Assembly: GCA_041287245.1 (NCBI GenBank)
Contig: JBEULP010000003.1
Coordinates: 132,530-196,529 of the forward strand
DNA length: 64,000 bases
Source: Infirmifilum sp.
Lineage (GTDB): Archaea; Thermoproteota; Thermoprotei; Thermofilales; Thermofilaceae
Direction: 5' to 3'
In this document: one piece after another, positions 18,409 through 28,919 of the stretch
Layout: every line of letters begins with the position of its first letter
How positions within the stretch are numbered: position 1 is the first letter of the stretch
The notes under the pieces: model-generated
Seen by the model: the letters and a program-made list of their open reading frames with translations, nothing else
Databases searched by the model: none
Told to the model about the DNA's origin: nothing
Made by a program: the position numbers and the translations under genes

Positions 18409-19418
18409 TATCCATGGATATACTCTTATTCGCCATAAATCTCGGCGTTCTTTATAGCATATACTCTATTCTCGCCATCTCTGTTGAGCTCGAGTACGGA
18501 GAGCTTGGAATACCAAACTTCGCCAAGTCAGCGATATTCGCTAGTGGGGCGTTCTCCGTAGGCGCGCTAGCCACAAGACTGGGTGTTTGGCTAATAGGTA
18601 TACCGTGGCAGGGTGAGTTCAGGAACACTAGCTGGATATACGCAACGACGGTTTCTGCGAAGATCGCGGAGAATCCACTTCTAGGCGTGATAATTTTTCT
18701 CATACCCCTTCTCGTTGCTCTACCCGTTGCAGCCCTACTTGGACTAGCTGCCTCTTACCCGGCTCTTAGGCTACGCGAGGACTACCTAGGCATAACCCTC
18801 ATAGCCTTCAGCGAGCTTGTACGGGTATTTGCAAGAAACTATGAGCCTCTCCTAGGTGGTACCTTCGGCGCCGGCGTTCCGAATTTTCTCGCCTTTATGC
18901 CCGTAGAGCTTCGGAACATGGTTTTCTTACTAATATCCTTGGGTTTTCTATTTATGATCTGGGCGGCGTATTATAGGCTGACGACGTCGCCCTTTGGAAG
19001 AGTTATAAGGGCGATTCGTGATAATGAGGTAGCAGCCCAGAGCCTTGGTAGAGACATAGTCAAGATAAGGGCCATCGTCCTAGTCTTAGGTTCCATATTG
19101 GCGGCGATTGCAGGAGTCCTTTATGCCTTCTACGTCGGCTCCGTAAATCCAGATGACTTTACGGTTATGAAGACCTTTATCGTTGTCCTCATGGTCGTCG
19201 TGGGCGGTAAGGGTAATCCTTTTGGACCCCTAGTAGGCGCGGGGGTTTATATCATGATAGACAGGATGATTACGTTTGCGAAACAGATGGTGAGCCTACC
19301 TTTTGACATTAACTATTTTTCGTACATCGTTCTCGGGCTGCTACTAATAATAGTTATTATGCAACGTCCTAGCGGCATTGTCCCAGAAAAACCTCCAGTG
19401 ACGGTTAAAAAAGCATAG
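18405..19418 (+). CDS. livM: Branched-chain amino acid ABC permease (LivM-like)
   Basis: LRLREDYLGITLIAFSE and SPFGRVIRAIRDNEVAA. Confidence 0.88.
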   Translation: MISMDILLFAINLGVLYSIYSILAISVELEYGELGIPNFAKSAIFASGAFSVGALATRLGVWLIGIPWQGEFRNTSWIYATTVSAKIAENPLLGVIIFLIPLLVALPVAALLGLAASYPALRLREDYLGITLIAFSELVRVFARNYEPLLGGTFGAGVPNFLAFMPVELRNMVFLLISLGFLFMIWAAYYRLTTSPFGRVIRAIRDNEVAAQSLGRDIVKIRAIVLVLGSILAAIAGVLYAFYVGSVNPDDFTVMKTFIVVLMVVVGGKGNPFGPLVGAGVYIMIDRMITFAKQMVSLPFDINYFSYIVLGLLLIIVIMQRPSGIVPEKPPVTVKKA

Positions 19419-19530
19419 CTTCTTTGTTTCGACAATCGTTGAATTCTTATTAGAAGGATGTTAATATAATACAAACTATGATTAGAATAAGGGTTTAAAT
19501 AGAGAGGCATGTATAAAACGGTGGTAATAT

Positions 19531-21654
19531 TTGCCCCGAAATCCGCTGGATACGTTGCTGAGACCCACCTCTGTCGCCGTGATTGGAGCCTCCCGTAGCC
19601 CCGAAAAAATAGGGTACCAGGTTGTAAGGAACCTTCTGGAGGCCGGTTTTCCACGGGAAAAAATTTACCCCGTTAACCCCAACGCAGATGAGATTCTAGG
19701 ATTGAAGTGCTACCGATCGATCTCTGAGATTCCTTTTGTCGTCGACTTAGCCGTCATTGTTGTTCCCGCTCCCGTCGTTCCAGCTGTGCTAGAAGAGGCA
19801 GGACAAAAAGGAGTAAAAGCCGTAGCTGTTATCACAAGCGGCTTCAAGGAGATTGGAAATGTCGAGTTAGAGCGTAAGCTTGTTGAGATAGCACGTAAGT
19901 ACGGGATAAGACTACTGGGTCCAAACATTGTAGGCATTTGTGATACAGTTAAAAACGTGAATGCAAGCTTCTGCCAGGGACTCCCCAAGCCCGGAGAAAT
20001 TGCATTTATAACCCAGAGTGGGGCTCTCGGCATAGCCCTTGTCGGGTGGACAAAGCTTAAAGGGATAGGTTTATCCGACCTTGTAAGCCTAGGCAACAAG
20101 GCCGATATAAATGAGGTTGACCTGTTAGAGTTTTTTGGAGAAGACAGTCATACAAACGTGATAACTGCCTATCTCGAGGGCATTGAGGATGGGCGTCGTT
20201 TCATGGAGTCGGCGCGACGCGTGGCAAGGAAAAAACCGATAATTATACTTAAGGCGGGACGTGCCGCAAGAACCGCTGGCGCGATAAAGTCGCATACGGG
20301 TTCATTGGCGGGGAGTTTTGCGGCATACGAGGCTGCTTTCAAACAAAGCGGAGTTTTGCTGGCGGACAGTTTTATAGACCTCTTCGACTGGGCCATAGCA
20401 CTGGCTAAGAGCCACCTACCGACAGGTCCTAATGTGGTTGTTCTCACAAACGGTGGGGGTGCAGGCATTATGGCTACAGACGCGGCTGAGAGGTGGGGCA
20501 TCAAGCTAATGGATATCCCTGAGGATCTCGCGGGCAAGCTGAGGAGACATATGCCTCCGTTTGGAAGCGTTTATAACCCAATAGACTTGACAGGCATGGC
20601 TGATGCGGAGCAATATTTAGGCGCTATGAAGGACTTGCTGTTAGACTCTCGCGTAGACTCCATAGCCGTTCTATACTGTCACACTGCGATAACCAACCCG
20701 CAAGAGATAGCTGAGGCCATAATTCGATCAGTAAAAGAGACCGGCGTTAAAAAGACAATAATAGCCTCTTTCATAGGCGGGGAAGAAGTGAGTAGAGCCT
20801 GCACCATGCTAACAGAGAATAACATCCCATGTTATGAGTCACCAGAGAAGGCTGTTGCGGGGCTCGGCATTCTCTACAAATACGCGAGGATCCGCGAACA
20901 GCTGGAGAGGAAGACCTACATCAAGGTGGAAGCAAACCTTGAAAAAGCCAGGGAGATTGTTAATGGCGTCTTAAAGGAGGGGAGATATGTTCTTACGCCC
21001 GCTGAAGCCGCGAGACTTGTATCACTCTATAACATACCTGTTCTACAAAAGATTCTTGTGAAATCCCCAGAGGAGGCAGTAGCTACAGCTAAAACACTTG
21101 GCTACCCCCTCGTAATGGAGGTGGAATCTCCAGATATTCTACACAAAAGCGACATTGGTGGTATAGTACTAAACATAGATAGCGATGAGGCTGTAATAGA
21201 GGCTTACACCAGAATCATGGATAATGTTGCTAAGAAAGCTCCTGGAGCCAGAGTATACGGCGTTATCGTTAGAAAAATGGCTGAGAAGGGAAAAGAGGTT
21301 GTAATAGGAATGCACCGGGACCCTGTGTTCGGGCCGCTCATAATGGTCGGCAGTGGAGGCGTCCTCGTTGAACTCATGAAAGACGTCAGTTTTCGCGTTG
21401 CACCACTAGCCGTTGAGGATGCAAGCGAGATGCTCGAGGAAACAAAAATCTATACGGTGTTAAAGGGCTATCGCGGCGAAGCCCCATCCGACGTTGAAGC
21501 TGTAATCGATGCCCTGGTAAAGATTTCCCAACTAGCATTAGACATACCAGAGATAGAAGACATAGACATAAACCCATTTTTCGTCTACGAAAAGGGGCGA
21601 GGAGCGCTGGCAGTAGACGTAAAAGTCACACTTCTCAAAAAACAAAAAAATTAA
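19531..21654 (+). CDS. ADP-forming acetyl/acyl-CoA synthetase, fused alpha-beta
   Basis: VAVIGAS CoA-binding fold, [20 protein letters not shown] and ATP-grasp HKSDIGG...DINP. Confidence 0.92.
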   Translation: MPRNPLDTLLRPTSVAVIGASRSPEKIGYQVVRNLLEAGFPREKIYPVNPNADEILGLKCYRSISEIPFVVDLAVIVVPAPVVPAVLEEAGQKGVKAVAVITSGFKEIGNVELERKLVEIARKYGIRLLGPNIVGICDTVKNVNASFCQGLPKPGEIAFITQSGALGIALVGWTKLKGIGLSDLVSLGNKADINEVDLLEFFGEDSHTNVITAYLEGIEDGRRFMESARRVARKKPIIILKAGRAARTAGAIKSHTGSLAGSFAAYEAAFKQSGVLLADSFIDLFDWAIALAKSHLPTGPNVVVLTNGGGAGIMATDAAERWGIKLMDIPEDLAGKLRRHMPPFGSVYNPIDLTGMADAEQYLGAMKDLLLDSRVDSIAVLYCHTAITNPQEIAEAIIRSVKETGVKKTIIASFIGGEEVSRACTMLTENNIPCYESPEKAVAGLGILYKYARIREQLERKTYIKVEANLEKAREIVNGVLKEGRYVLTPAEAARLVSLYNIPVLQKILVKSPEEAVATAKTLGYPLVMEVESPDILHKSDIGGIVLNIDSDEAVIEAYTRIMDNVAKKAPGARVYGVIVRKMAEKGKEVVIGMHRDPVFGPLIMVGSGGVLVELMKDVSFRVAPLAVEDASEMLEETKIYTVLKGYRGEAPSDVEAVIDALVKISQLALDIPEIEDIDINPFFVYEKGRGALAVDVKVTLLKKQKN

Positions 21655-21662
21655 GGACGAAA

Positions 21663-22076
21663 TTATTCGCCTAAAACTTCCACGATTACCTTCCGGTTTT
21701 CCCGAGGGCCATCCATTTCTACAAAGAAGATGTCCTGCCAGGTTCCCCTTACCAGCTGTCCATTCATTATAGGAAGTACAAAGCTAGCACCTATGATTGT
21801 GCTCGCAACATGCGCGTGTGCGTTATCGTCTATTCTGTTGTGAAGCCAGGGTTTCTCAGGTGGAAAGAGGGTCTGAATATGCTCTAATATATCCTGTATC
21901 AAACCGCTCTCGTTTTCATTAGCTATAATGGCAGCTGTGGCGTGCGGCGCGGCGATCAGGCAGAGTCCGTTTGCGACGTTGCTTTCCCTAACGATTTTTT
22001 CTACCTGGCTCGTGATATTGATTAGCTGGAATTTTTCTTTTGTAGAGAAATTTAGCACTTTAGTTACGATTTTCAC
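21663..22076 (-). CDS. yjbQ: YjbQ/UPF0047 family protein
   Basis: PHATA, NENE, DDNAHAH and GTWQDIFFVEMDGPR. Confidence 0.9.
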   Translation of the reverse strand: MKIVTKVLNFSTKEKFQLINITSQVEKIVRESNVANGLCLIAAPHATAAIIANENESGLIQDILEHIQTLFPPEKPWLHNRIDDNAHAHVASTIIGASFVLPIMNGQLVRGTWQDIFFVEMDGPRENRKVIVEVLGE

Positions 22077-22114
22077 ATGAGTTTAGAGCACACCCGCCTT
22101 TAATATTTGGCGCG

Positions 22115-22882
22115 TTAGCCCGAATAGACTCTTGTGTACGGCGCCTCTAAACCGAGCATCATTTCTTCTAGGTATTGTAAGCCTCCTATAGATACTTTTA
22201 TTCCTTTTTCAGCGGCTGAGAACGCGCATTCAAGCTTGTGTCGTAGACCCCCAGTCACGTCCCATCCGCTTTCATCTACCTGAAACATGTTGCCTGGTCT
22301 TATCTCGGTTAACAGTTTAGCCTGAGGATTACCCGGTGGCTTGTCATATACTCCTCCAGAGCCCATTACGAATATGAGGGAGTCTGCTTGAAGGGTAATA
22401 GCTAGGTGGGCGGCCACGTCATCCCCAGATAGTATAGCTACTCCGCGCGCTGTGTCAATAACCGCGTCGCCGTATAGAACTGGCACCGTTAGCCTCTCTA
22501 TAAGCATTTCCACAAGGCTTGTGTCTAGCGTCTTTATAACACCGTTTTCGGTCAAGGCAACAGCAGAGGTTTGGAGACCTACGGCGGGAACCCCAGCGCT
22601 TAAAAGCTTTTCAATCACCCTCAGATTGAGATAACTCATCCAAAACCGGGTTTCGGCGAACCCGAAAGCCTTCTCGAGTGATATGCCTCCAGAGGAGAGG
22701 TCATACTTAGCTGCTGTAGGGTGCCCAAAGGATCCTCCCCCATGAACAAGCACTAGTTTTACTCCTTTTTTTAAAGCACTTGATACTTTTTGAGATAAGA
22801 GATCGAGATTGTTTTCACGGAGTGTATAGGGCTTGCTTTTATCGGTTATTACAGACCCCCCGATTTTGACTACAGAGAACAT
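22115..22882 (-). CDS. Isopentenyl phosphate kinase (amino acid kinase family)
   Basis: KIGGSVITDK, VHGGGSFGH, SGD and DVTGG; adjacent to a prenyl synthase. Confidence 0.88.
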   Translation of the reverse strand: MFSVVKIGGSVITDKSKPYTLRENNLDLLSQKVSSALKKGVKLVLVHGGGSFGHPTAAKYDLSSGGISLEKAFGFAETRFWMSYLNLRVIEKLLSAGVPAVGLQTSAVALTENGVIKTLDTSLVEMLIERLTVPVLYGDAVIDTARGVAILSGDDVAAHLAITLQADSLIFVMGSGGVYDKPPGNPQAKLLTEIRPGNMFQVDESGWDVTGGLRHKLECAFSAAEKGIKVSIGGLQYLEEMMLGLEAPYTRVYSG

Positions 22883-22904
22883 GTAAGACGCCCGGGTTAG
22901 GGTG

Positions 22905-23918
22905 TTAGAACTCTCTTTTTTCGATGAAAATCGCTAGTTCTTTCAGCATCTCCCGGTACTTACTCTCCGGCAGTTTTTCAAGGGCTATAAGTGCACGACT
23001 AATATATTCTGAGCGTAACTCCTCAGCTTTTCTTAAGGCTTGTGTATTCTTGATCTCTCTTACCGTCTCTTCAACCTCGCTCCAGCTTACCTCGCTTTTA
23101 GAGAGAATTTTATAAAGCGTGCTGTTCTCGCCAAGTTCTTCAAGTGCGAGCAAGACAACTAGGTTTCCCAATTTATGTTCCTTAATATCTCCGCCGACCT
23201 TCTTACCAGTCTTTGTCTCTTCGCCGAAGATGTCTATAATATCGTCGCTAACTTGGAAAGCTAAGCCAATATTTTTCCCGTATGTCTTTAGAGCCTCAAG
23301 GTAGTTTTCGTCAACGTTTTCAACAGAGAGTCCGCCGAACAAACATGAGGTTTCTATGAGAACCCCAGTCTTCTTTTCAATCATTTCTAGATACTGGCCG
23401 ACTGAAACCCTGCGGTACCTGTTTGCCACTATATAGGGCTCGTCGTCCCGTCCGCTTTGTTCAAACAAGATATCAAGGCGTTCACCGTCTGTTAGGAGTT
23501 TTATGGTGCGCGTCATTATCTCGTGGAACAACTTAGGGTCACGAGTATCTAGCAAAGCGTCCGAAATGCTCTCCCTGTAATGTACAGCCACTAAAATAGC
23601 AGTGCTTAAGCCGTACTTTTTCCAAACTGTTGGGAACCCTCTTCTAACCTCGCTGTGATCTATTATATCGTCTAGAATAAGAGAGTAGTTATGGGCCAGC
23701 TCGACAGCAGCGGCTGCCGGGTAGGCATCCTCCTCTTTACCTCCAAGAGCAAGGGCAGAAATAATCGTCAAGGCAGGCCTAACCCTTTTACCCCCGATTT
23801 TAATAGGGTATAATACAGCCTCTGAAAATGAAGGATTAGCGTTTTTCAATAGGTACTTCTCCATGACATGATCGATCTTTTTTCCATACTCAACAAGTAT
23901 ACTCACGGGATCGCTCAT
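22905..23918 (-). CDS. Polyprenyl (geranylgeranyl) diphosphate synthase
   Basis: GGKRVRP, DDIID...RRG, KTG and FQVSDDIID. Confidence 0.92.
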   Translation of the reverse strand: MSDPVSILVEYGKKIDHVMEKYLLKNANPSFSEAVLYPIKIGGKRVRPALTIISALALGGKEEDAYPAAAAVELAHNYSLILDDIIDHSEVRRGFPTVWKKYGLSTAILVAVHYRESISDALLDTRDPKLFHEIMTRTIKLLTDGERLDILFEQSGRDDEPYIVANRYRRVSVGQYLEMIEKKTGVLIETSCLFGGLSVENVDENYLEALKTYGKNIGLAFQVSDDIIDIFGEETKTGKKVGGDIKEHKLGNLVVLLALEELGENSTLYKILSKSEVSWSEVEETVREIKNTQALRKAEELRSEYISRALIALEKLPESKYREMLKELAIFIEKREF

Positions 23919-24076
23919 ATGCGCCCGCTTCTCCCTTCCTCGTCAAACCCTTAAAGATTTTGGTTTCCGCGCACCTCCCTGGCACATTTGAGGCTTCATC
24001 CCCCGGAGCTCTGCAGTCATGCGTGTGACCGAAATTATTTTTTAGCCTTATGTTTACTCATATGCGTGGATTACAC

Positions 24077-24982
24077 ATGGATGTCTTTCTACTGGGACAT
24101 TTAGTGGTGGACATAATAGTCCGAAAAGGGAACGTCAGGCGAAGTCTAGGAGGCACTGTAACGTACGGTGCCATGGCGGCGTTGAGGCACAGGGCTAGGA
24201 CGCACATAGTCTCTAAGATAGGCCTGGATTTTCCAGACGAGTATTTCCTATTCTTAACTAGGAGCGGGGTGGACGTGTCCCACGTGAGTGTCTCGAAGGA
24301 CCTGCCCACGACTAAATTCAAGCTTGTTTATGAAGATTCAGATAGAACGCTCTACCTTCTCTCGCGCTGTGAGGATATATTGTCCGGCGATATTCCAGGT
24401 GAGAAAATTAAGGGAGGCATTGTGATCATCGGCTCCCTGATAGGAGAGGTTTCTCCAGCCGTGATCCAAGAGGTCTCCGAGAAGGCCGCGCTGGTAGCAA
24501 GTGATCTACAGGGATATTTGAGGCGTGTGGGACCAGATAGAAAGGTATCGTTGGCTGTGACTCGTGAAGCCGCGCTTATCACTTCTATATCTGATATTGT
24601 TCACGCCGAGCTAGTAGAGGCACGAGTCCTCCTAGGAGATGCTCCTCCAGAGGTTCTTGCGAAGAAGCTTGTCCAGATGGGAGCGGGTATTGCTTTGGTA
24701 ACGATGGGTGAGAAGGGTGCATATGTTGCCACGGCTGGGAAGACATACTACGTTCCAGCAGCGGAAGCCGCTCGAGTGGTGGATAGGACCGGGGCTGGCG
24801 ATGTTTTCACAACGGTTTTTACTATAGAGTATCAGCGTTCAGGAGACATTAAGGAGGCTAGCAGTTACGCTGCAGCCGCGACGTCTTTTCTTGTGGAAAA
24901 ACCTGGGATCGAAGGGTTGAGAAACAGGTGGGAGCTTCAAAACAGAGCAGAAAAGGTTCTGAACAACATCAAAGAAGTATAA
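24077..24982 (+). CDS. PfkB-family carbohydrate kinase
   Basis: GG motif near the N-terminus, VTMGEKG and DRTGAGD. Confidence 0.88.
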   Translation: MDVFLLGHLVVDIIVRKGNVRRSLGGTVTYGAMAALRHRARTHIVSKIGLDFPDEYFLFLTRSGVDVSHVSVSKDLPTTKFKLVYEDSDRTLYLLSRCEDILSGDIPGEKIKGGIVIIGSLIGEVSPAVIQEVSEKAALVASDLQGYLRRVGPDRKVSLAVTREAALITSISDIVHAELVEARVLLGDAPPEVLAKKLVQMGAGIALVTMGEKGAYVATAGKTYYVPAAEAARVVDRTGAGDVFTTVFTIEYQRSGDIKEASSYAAAATSFLVEKPGIEGLRNRWELQNRAEKVLNNIKEV

Positions 24983-25026
24983 ATATATCCGAAAATATTT
25001 TTATTATCGCAGCTTAATTTTTTATC

Positions 25027-26247
25027 GTGACTCAAATAATAGAAGACGTGAACCTAAGGATAAGAGAAGCGTACGAGATTCTCATCCCCGTCGTTCACCA
25101 TACTCCCTTAACCCCCTTCAAGACGCTTAGCGATATGACGGGCGGTGAGGTTCTCCTGAAGCTTGAGAACTTCCAGAAAACAGGCGCGTTTAAGGTTCGA
25201 GGAGCCTACTATAAGCTTAGCAAGCTTAAGACGCGAGAGAACATTTCACGTGTAGTAGCCGCAAGTTCAGGAAACCACGCCCAGGGTGTAGCCTACTCCG
25301 CGGCGCAGCTTGGAATAGAGGCGACCATATTTATGCCGCGCTATACGCCCTTCTACAAGGTCAATGCTACGAGAAGTTACAGTGCAAAAGTTGTACTCTA
25401 CGGCGACACCTACGATGATGCGTATAGGAAGGCTATTGAGGTTTCAGAGAGTGAAAAAATTCCTTTTATCCACCCTTTCGAAGACCTTGACATAATCGCT
25501 GGACAGGGAACCATCGGACTCGAGATCTTTAAAGATGCACCTAACATCGACATCGTACTTGTTCCGGTGGGCGGAGGAGGTCTAATTTCAGGTATAGCTG
25601 TGGCTCTGAAAAAGCTAAACGAGAAAATTAAGGTGATAGGGGTGCAACCCTCTGGAGCCCCAGCCATGTACCTTTCATACAAACAGGGACGAGTGACTGA
25701 GACACACGACGTTTACAGCATCGCGGATGGAGTCATAGTGAAGAAGCCTGGCGAGCTCACGCTCAAAATAATGAGCGAGGTGGTTGATGACATGGTTCTA
25801 GTGGATGATAGGGATATTGCTAGGGCTGTCTTCCTACTCTTGGAAAGAGCAAAAACCGTGGCGGAGCCTGCCGGGGCTCTCTCAGTGGCGGCTCTCTTAT
25901 CAGGCAATGTTAACGTGAAGGGCAAGAGGACTGTTGCCGTCGTGTCAGGCGGCAATGTTGAGCCCTCGTTGCTTGCTAGGATAATAAACCAAACGTTATT
26001 CATCGAAGGAAGACAGGTGAAGATCAAGGGGCAGCTCCCAGACAGGCCAGGCCAGCTAAAGAAAGTTATCGATGTGGTTGCCGAGCTAGGCTTAAACATA
26101 ATATCCATTGAGCATGAGAGAATAAACCCGCTTGTAGCGCCTGGGCTTGCGGAGGTGATAATCGGCTTGGAAGTTCCAAACCGTGATACTATAAACTTGC
26201 TCACACAAAGGTTAAAAGAGCTGGGGCTTGATTTTAAAGTGATATAG
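25027..26247 (+). CDS. ilvA: Threonine ammonia-lyase with C-terminal ACT domain
   Basis: [32 protein letters not shown] and DRPGQL. Confidence 0.93.
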   Translation: MTQIIEDVNLRIREAYEILIPVVHHTPLTPFKTLSDMTGGEVLLKLENFQKTGAFKVRGAYYKLSKLKTRENISRVVAASSGNHAQGVAYSAAQLGIEATIFMPRYTPFYKVNATRSYSAKVVLYGDTYDDAYRKAIEVSESEKIPFIHPFEDLDIIAGQGTIGLEIFKDAPNIDIVLVPVGGGGLISGIAVALKKLNEKIKVIGVQPSGAPAMYLSYKQGRVTETHDVYSIADGVIVKKPGELTLKIMSEVVDDMVLVDDRDIARAVFLLLERAKTVAEPAGALSVAALLSGNVNVKGKRTVAVVSGGNVEPSLLARIINQTLFIEGRQVKIKGQLPDRPGQLKKVIDVVAELGLNIISIEHERINPLVAPGLAEVIIGLEVPNRDTINLLTQRLKELGLDFKVI

Positions 26248-26248
26248 C

Positions 26249-26629
26249 ATGAAAAGGATAGTTTTTACGGAAAAAGCCCCGAGACCAATAGGTCCCTATA
26301 GCCAAGCCGTAGAGGCTGGCGGTTTATTGTTCGTAGCAGGTCAGATTCCAATAAATCCTGAGACTGGAGAGCTCGTCCAGGGCAGTATAAGGGAACAAAC
26401 AAAACAGGTGTTAGAAAATATTAAAGCCATTATTGAAGCGGCTGGCCTCAGTTTAAGGCATGTAGTCTACACGACCGTTTACCTAAAAGATCTAAAGATG
26501 TTCAACGAGTTCAACGAGGTTTATTCAACCTATTTTCCCGAAGATCCTCCAGCAAGAGTCACCGTGCAAGTAGCCGACCTCCCACGAGGGGCTTTAATAG
26601 AAATTTCCGTTATCGCAGCCCATGGCTGA
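26249..26629 (+). CDS. ridA: RidA enamine/imine deaminase
   Basis: [13 protein letters not shown] and PPARVTVQV...LP...IEI. Confidence 0.93.
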   Translation: MKRIVFTEKAPRPIGPYSQAVEAGGLLFVAGQIPINPETGELVQGSIREQTKQVLENIKAIIEAAGLSLRHVVYTTVYLKDLKMFNEFNEVYSTYFPEDPPARVTVQVADLPRGALIEISVIAAHG

Positions 26630-26664
26630 CCCCCTCTCTGCGCGCGAAAAATGAGAGTATATAA

Positions 26665-26768
26665 TGCGGGGGCCGGGATTCGAACCCGGGCAGGCCGACG
26701 CCAGCGGAGCCTGAGTCTGGGCTTCCTCTAAGGAACCGCCCCCTTTGACCTAGCTCGGGCACCCCCGC
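26665..26768 (-). tRNA. tRNA-Leu(CAG) with a 19-nt non-canonical intron at about 30/31 (26735-26717)
   Basis: GCGGGGG/CCCCCGC acceptor; spliced GCGGA-CTCAGGC-TCCGC arm; long variable arm; mature length 85 nt. Confidence 0.9.
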
Positions 26769-26869
26769 GCTGATGTAAAAGTGTGGGAACCCTTATAAAA
26801 TATTTTTCTGGTCGCACACGCGAAGAAAAACATATAAATTGTTTTTTCTTTTACCCTGAGAGGGTTGGA

Positions 26870-27451
26870 ATGGTAAAGGTATTCCAAGTTGAAGAGATAG
26901 TGGAGGTTCCTAAGGACGTAAAAATACGCGTTGACGGGAAAAAGGTTGTCGTAGAGGGTCCCCTAGGCAAAGTGGAGAGAGACTTCAGTTTTGCGAAAAA
27001 GATCGATATTATGCATGAAGACAGCCAGGTGAGAGTTGTAGCTTATCTAGCTAACAAGCGAGAATATTCGCTTGTGAAGACCATTGCGTCACACATTACC
27101 AACATGATAACGGGGGTAACGAAGGGGTTCCGGTATAAGATGAAGATTGTATACGCACACTTTCCTATGAATATCAAGATCGACAAAAACAAGGTTGTTA
27201 TCGAAAACTTCCTTGGAGAAAGGGGCAAGAGATATGCAGATATTCTCCCAGGTGTTAAAGTCAGAGTTGAGAAGGAGGACGTGATCATCGAGGGTGTAGA
27301 CAAGGAGGCTGTAGGTCAGACAGCGGCAAATATCCACCTAGCCACACAGCTAAGAGGCGACAACAGGCCGAGCCCTCATGGACGAGAAGGCACTGGTCCT
27401 GGGGTTCTCGACGGAATATACCTATATGCTATCGAGCATTTGAAGGCTTAA
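26870..27451 (+). CDS. rpl6: 50S ribosomal protein uL6 (ATG 26870 preferred)
   Basis: NMITGVTKGFRYKMKIVYAHFP, IENFLGE, VGQTAANI and DGIY. Confidence 0.95.
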   Translation: MVKVFQVEEIVEVPKDVKIRVDGKKVVVEGPLGKVERDFSFAKKIDIMHEDSQVRVVAYLANKREYSLVKTIASHITNMITGVTKGFRYKMKIVYAHFPMNIKIDKNKVVIENFLGERGKRYADILPGVKVRVEKEDVIIEGVDKEAVGQTAANIHLATQLRGDNRPSPHGREGTGPGVLDGIYLYAIEHLKA

Positions 27452-27454
27452 GGC

Positions 27455-28825
27455 ATGGATGTTCATATAGGGATTGACGATACAGATTCTCCTAGAGGGT
27501 TCTGCACAACATATCTTGGTTTTCTGCTCTCTTTGGAGTTCAAGGCGCGCGGGTTTAGTTTTCTCGATTTGCCGTATCTCGTCAGGCTAAACCCGAATGT
27601 GCCATTTAAGACAAGGGGTAATGCAGCGGTTTCTATTCATCTTAGTGTTCCAGAGGACAAGCTGGAAGAGATTAAGAGTGTAGTTGTGGAAACCCTGTTG
27701 AAGAATGTGGAGGATCATGGGAAGGTGTCGCCGGGGTTCGCCATAGCGACTGGTAAAATACATGAGAATCTACATGAATTATATCTGAGAGCGCTGCGCG
27801 AGTATGTGCCGCAGAGCTACGTTATGGAAAAAGTTAAGGAAGGGTTTTTCGGAAAGGTGGAGGTCGGCGGCTTGAGAAGTCAGAGAGGGGTTGTGGGCGC
27901 GCTTGCCGCCCTGGGTGCATATCCTCTAGAACAGTATACATATGAATTACTTGTATACCGGAACCCTGCCGTCCGAGGTGAGAAGAGGGGGATCGAGGAG
28001 TCCCTGTTGCTTGGAATAGACAGAAAGTATAGACCAGTGGTTTTCGGCACGTATGATTACGCTGAGAGGCGGGCACCGGCAGTTCCACGGGGTCCGGATC
28101 CCGTATTACTCGGCCTCCGAGCGTTAAACGCTGACATGCTTGTTGAATTGTTTAGCCTGCACCTGGAGGGCCTGGTAAGAAGTGTAGAATCTGTGGGATA
28201 CATCATCTATAAGACTAACCAGGCTACTGATGCGCATCTAGGTTTAAAGAAGCCCATACATCGTATAAGACCCTATGACTCGGTGGTTATCGAAGGCCAT
28301 GTGAGTGGCAAGCCCGAAGTTTTGACGGGAGGACATGTAAAGATAAAAGTTTGCGAAGAAGAAGAGTGTGTGGACGTCATGTTCTATCGTGAAACTGGAC
28401 GGTTGAATAGAGTTGCAAGGCTTTTAAAACCAGGTGACAAGGTTCAAATTGGAGGGGGGGTTCTGCCGAGAAAAACAAAGACCCTGAACGCAGAGGTTAT
28501 AAGAGTGGTACACCTCGAGGACGTAGTTATCTGTACAAACCCTGTATGCCCAAAATGCGGGGCCAGGATGAAATCAGCGGGGTCGGGTAAAGGGTATAAA
28601 TGTCCAAAGTGCGGTTATCACAGCAAGATGCTTTCAAAGGTCTGCGTGAAGATGCCTCGGATACTCGAACCCGGATTGTATGTTTCTAGTGTGCGAGCAT
28701 ACCGTCACCTTACCAAACCCAAGGAAATATACGGTTTATCATCTACCCCCTCTCAGACCCTGGCGAGGGAGGGTAATTTTGTGGGGCTAGTTTTGTCGAA
28801 GGGCGCGCAGGTGGAGCGAAGCTGA
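27455..28825 (+). CDS. tiaS: tRNA(Ile2) agmatinylcytidine synthetase
   Basis: IGIDDTDS...CTT, LVRLNPNVPFKTRGN, TNQATD and C-terminal zinc ribbon CPKC...CPKC. Confidence 0.92.
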   Translation: MDVHIGIDDTDSPRGFCTTYLGFLLSLEFKARGFSFLDLPYLVRLNPNVPFKTRGNAAVSIHLSVPEDKLEEIKSVVVETLLKNVEDHGKVSPGFAIATGKIHENLHELYLRALREYVPQSYVMEKVKEGFFGKVEVGGLRSQRGVVGALAALGAYPLEQYTYELLVYRNPAVRGEKRGIEESLLLGIDRKYRPVVFGTYDYAERRAPAVPRGPDPVLLGLRALNADMLVELFSLHLEGLVRSVESVGYIIYKTNQATDAHLGLKKPIHRIRPYDSVVIEGHVSGKPEVLTGGHVKIKVCEEEECVDVMFYRETGRLNRVARLLKPGDKVQIGGGVLPRKTKTLNAEVIRVVHLEDVVICTNPVCPKCGARMKSAGSGKGYKCPKCGYHSKMLSKVCVKMPRILEPGLYVSSVRAYRHLTKPKEIYGLSSTPSQTLAREGNFVGLVLSKGAQVERS

Positions 28826-28919
28826 GACCGCACGCGCGTCAGCATACTTGTCTTTTTCAGAGCCTCGGGTGAGAAATCAATACAATTAAGAATAAAGAAA
28901 ACTCAGGCTTTAAAATTCT

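Noticed and set aside
23975..24030. Possible C/D-like sRNA on the minus strand (GGATGA)
   Set aside because: C and D boxes are too degenerate and there is no terminal CTGA
25027..26629. ilvA-ridA pairing
   Set aside because: Well-known metabolite-damage coupling; not novel
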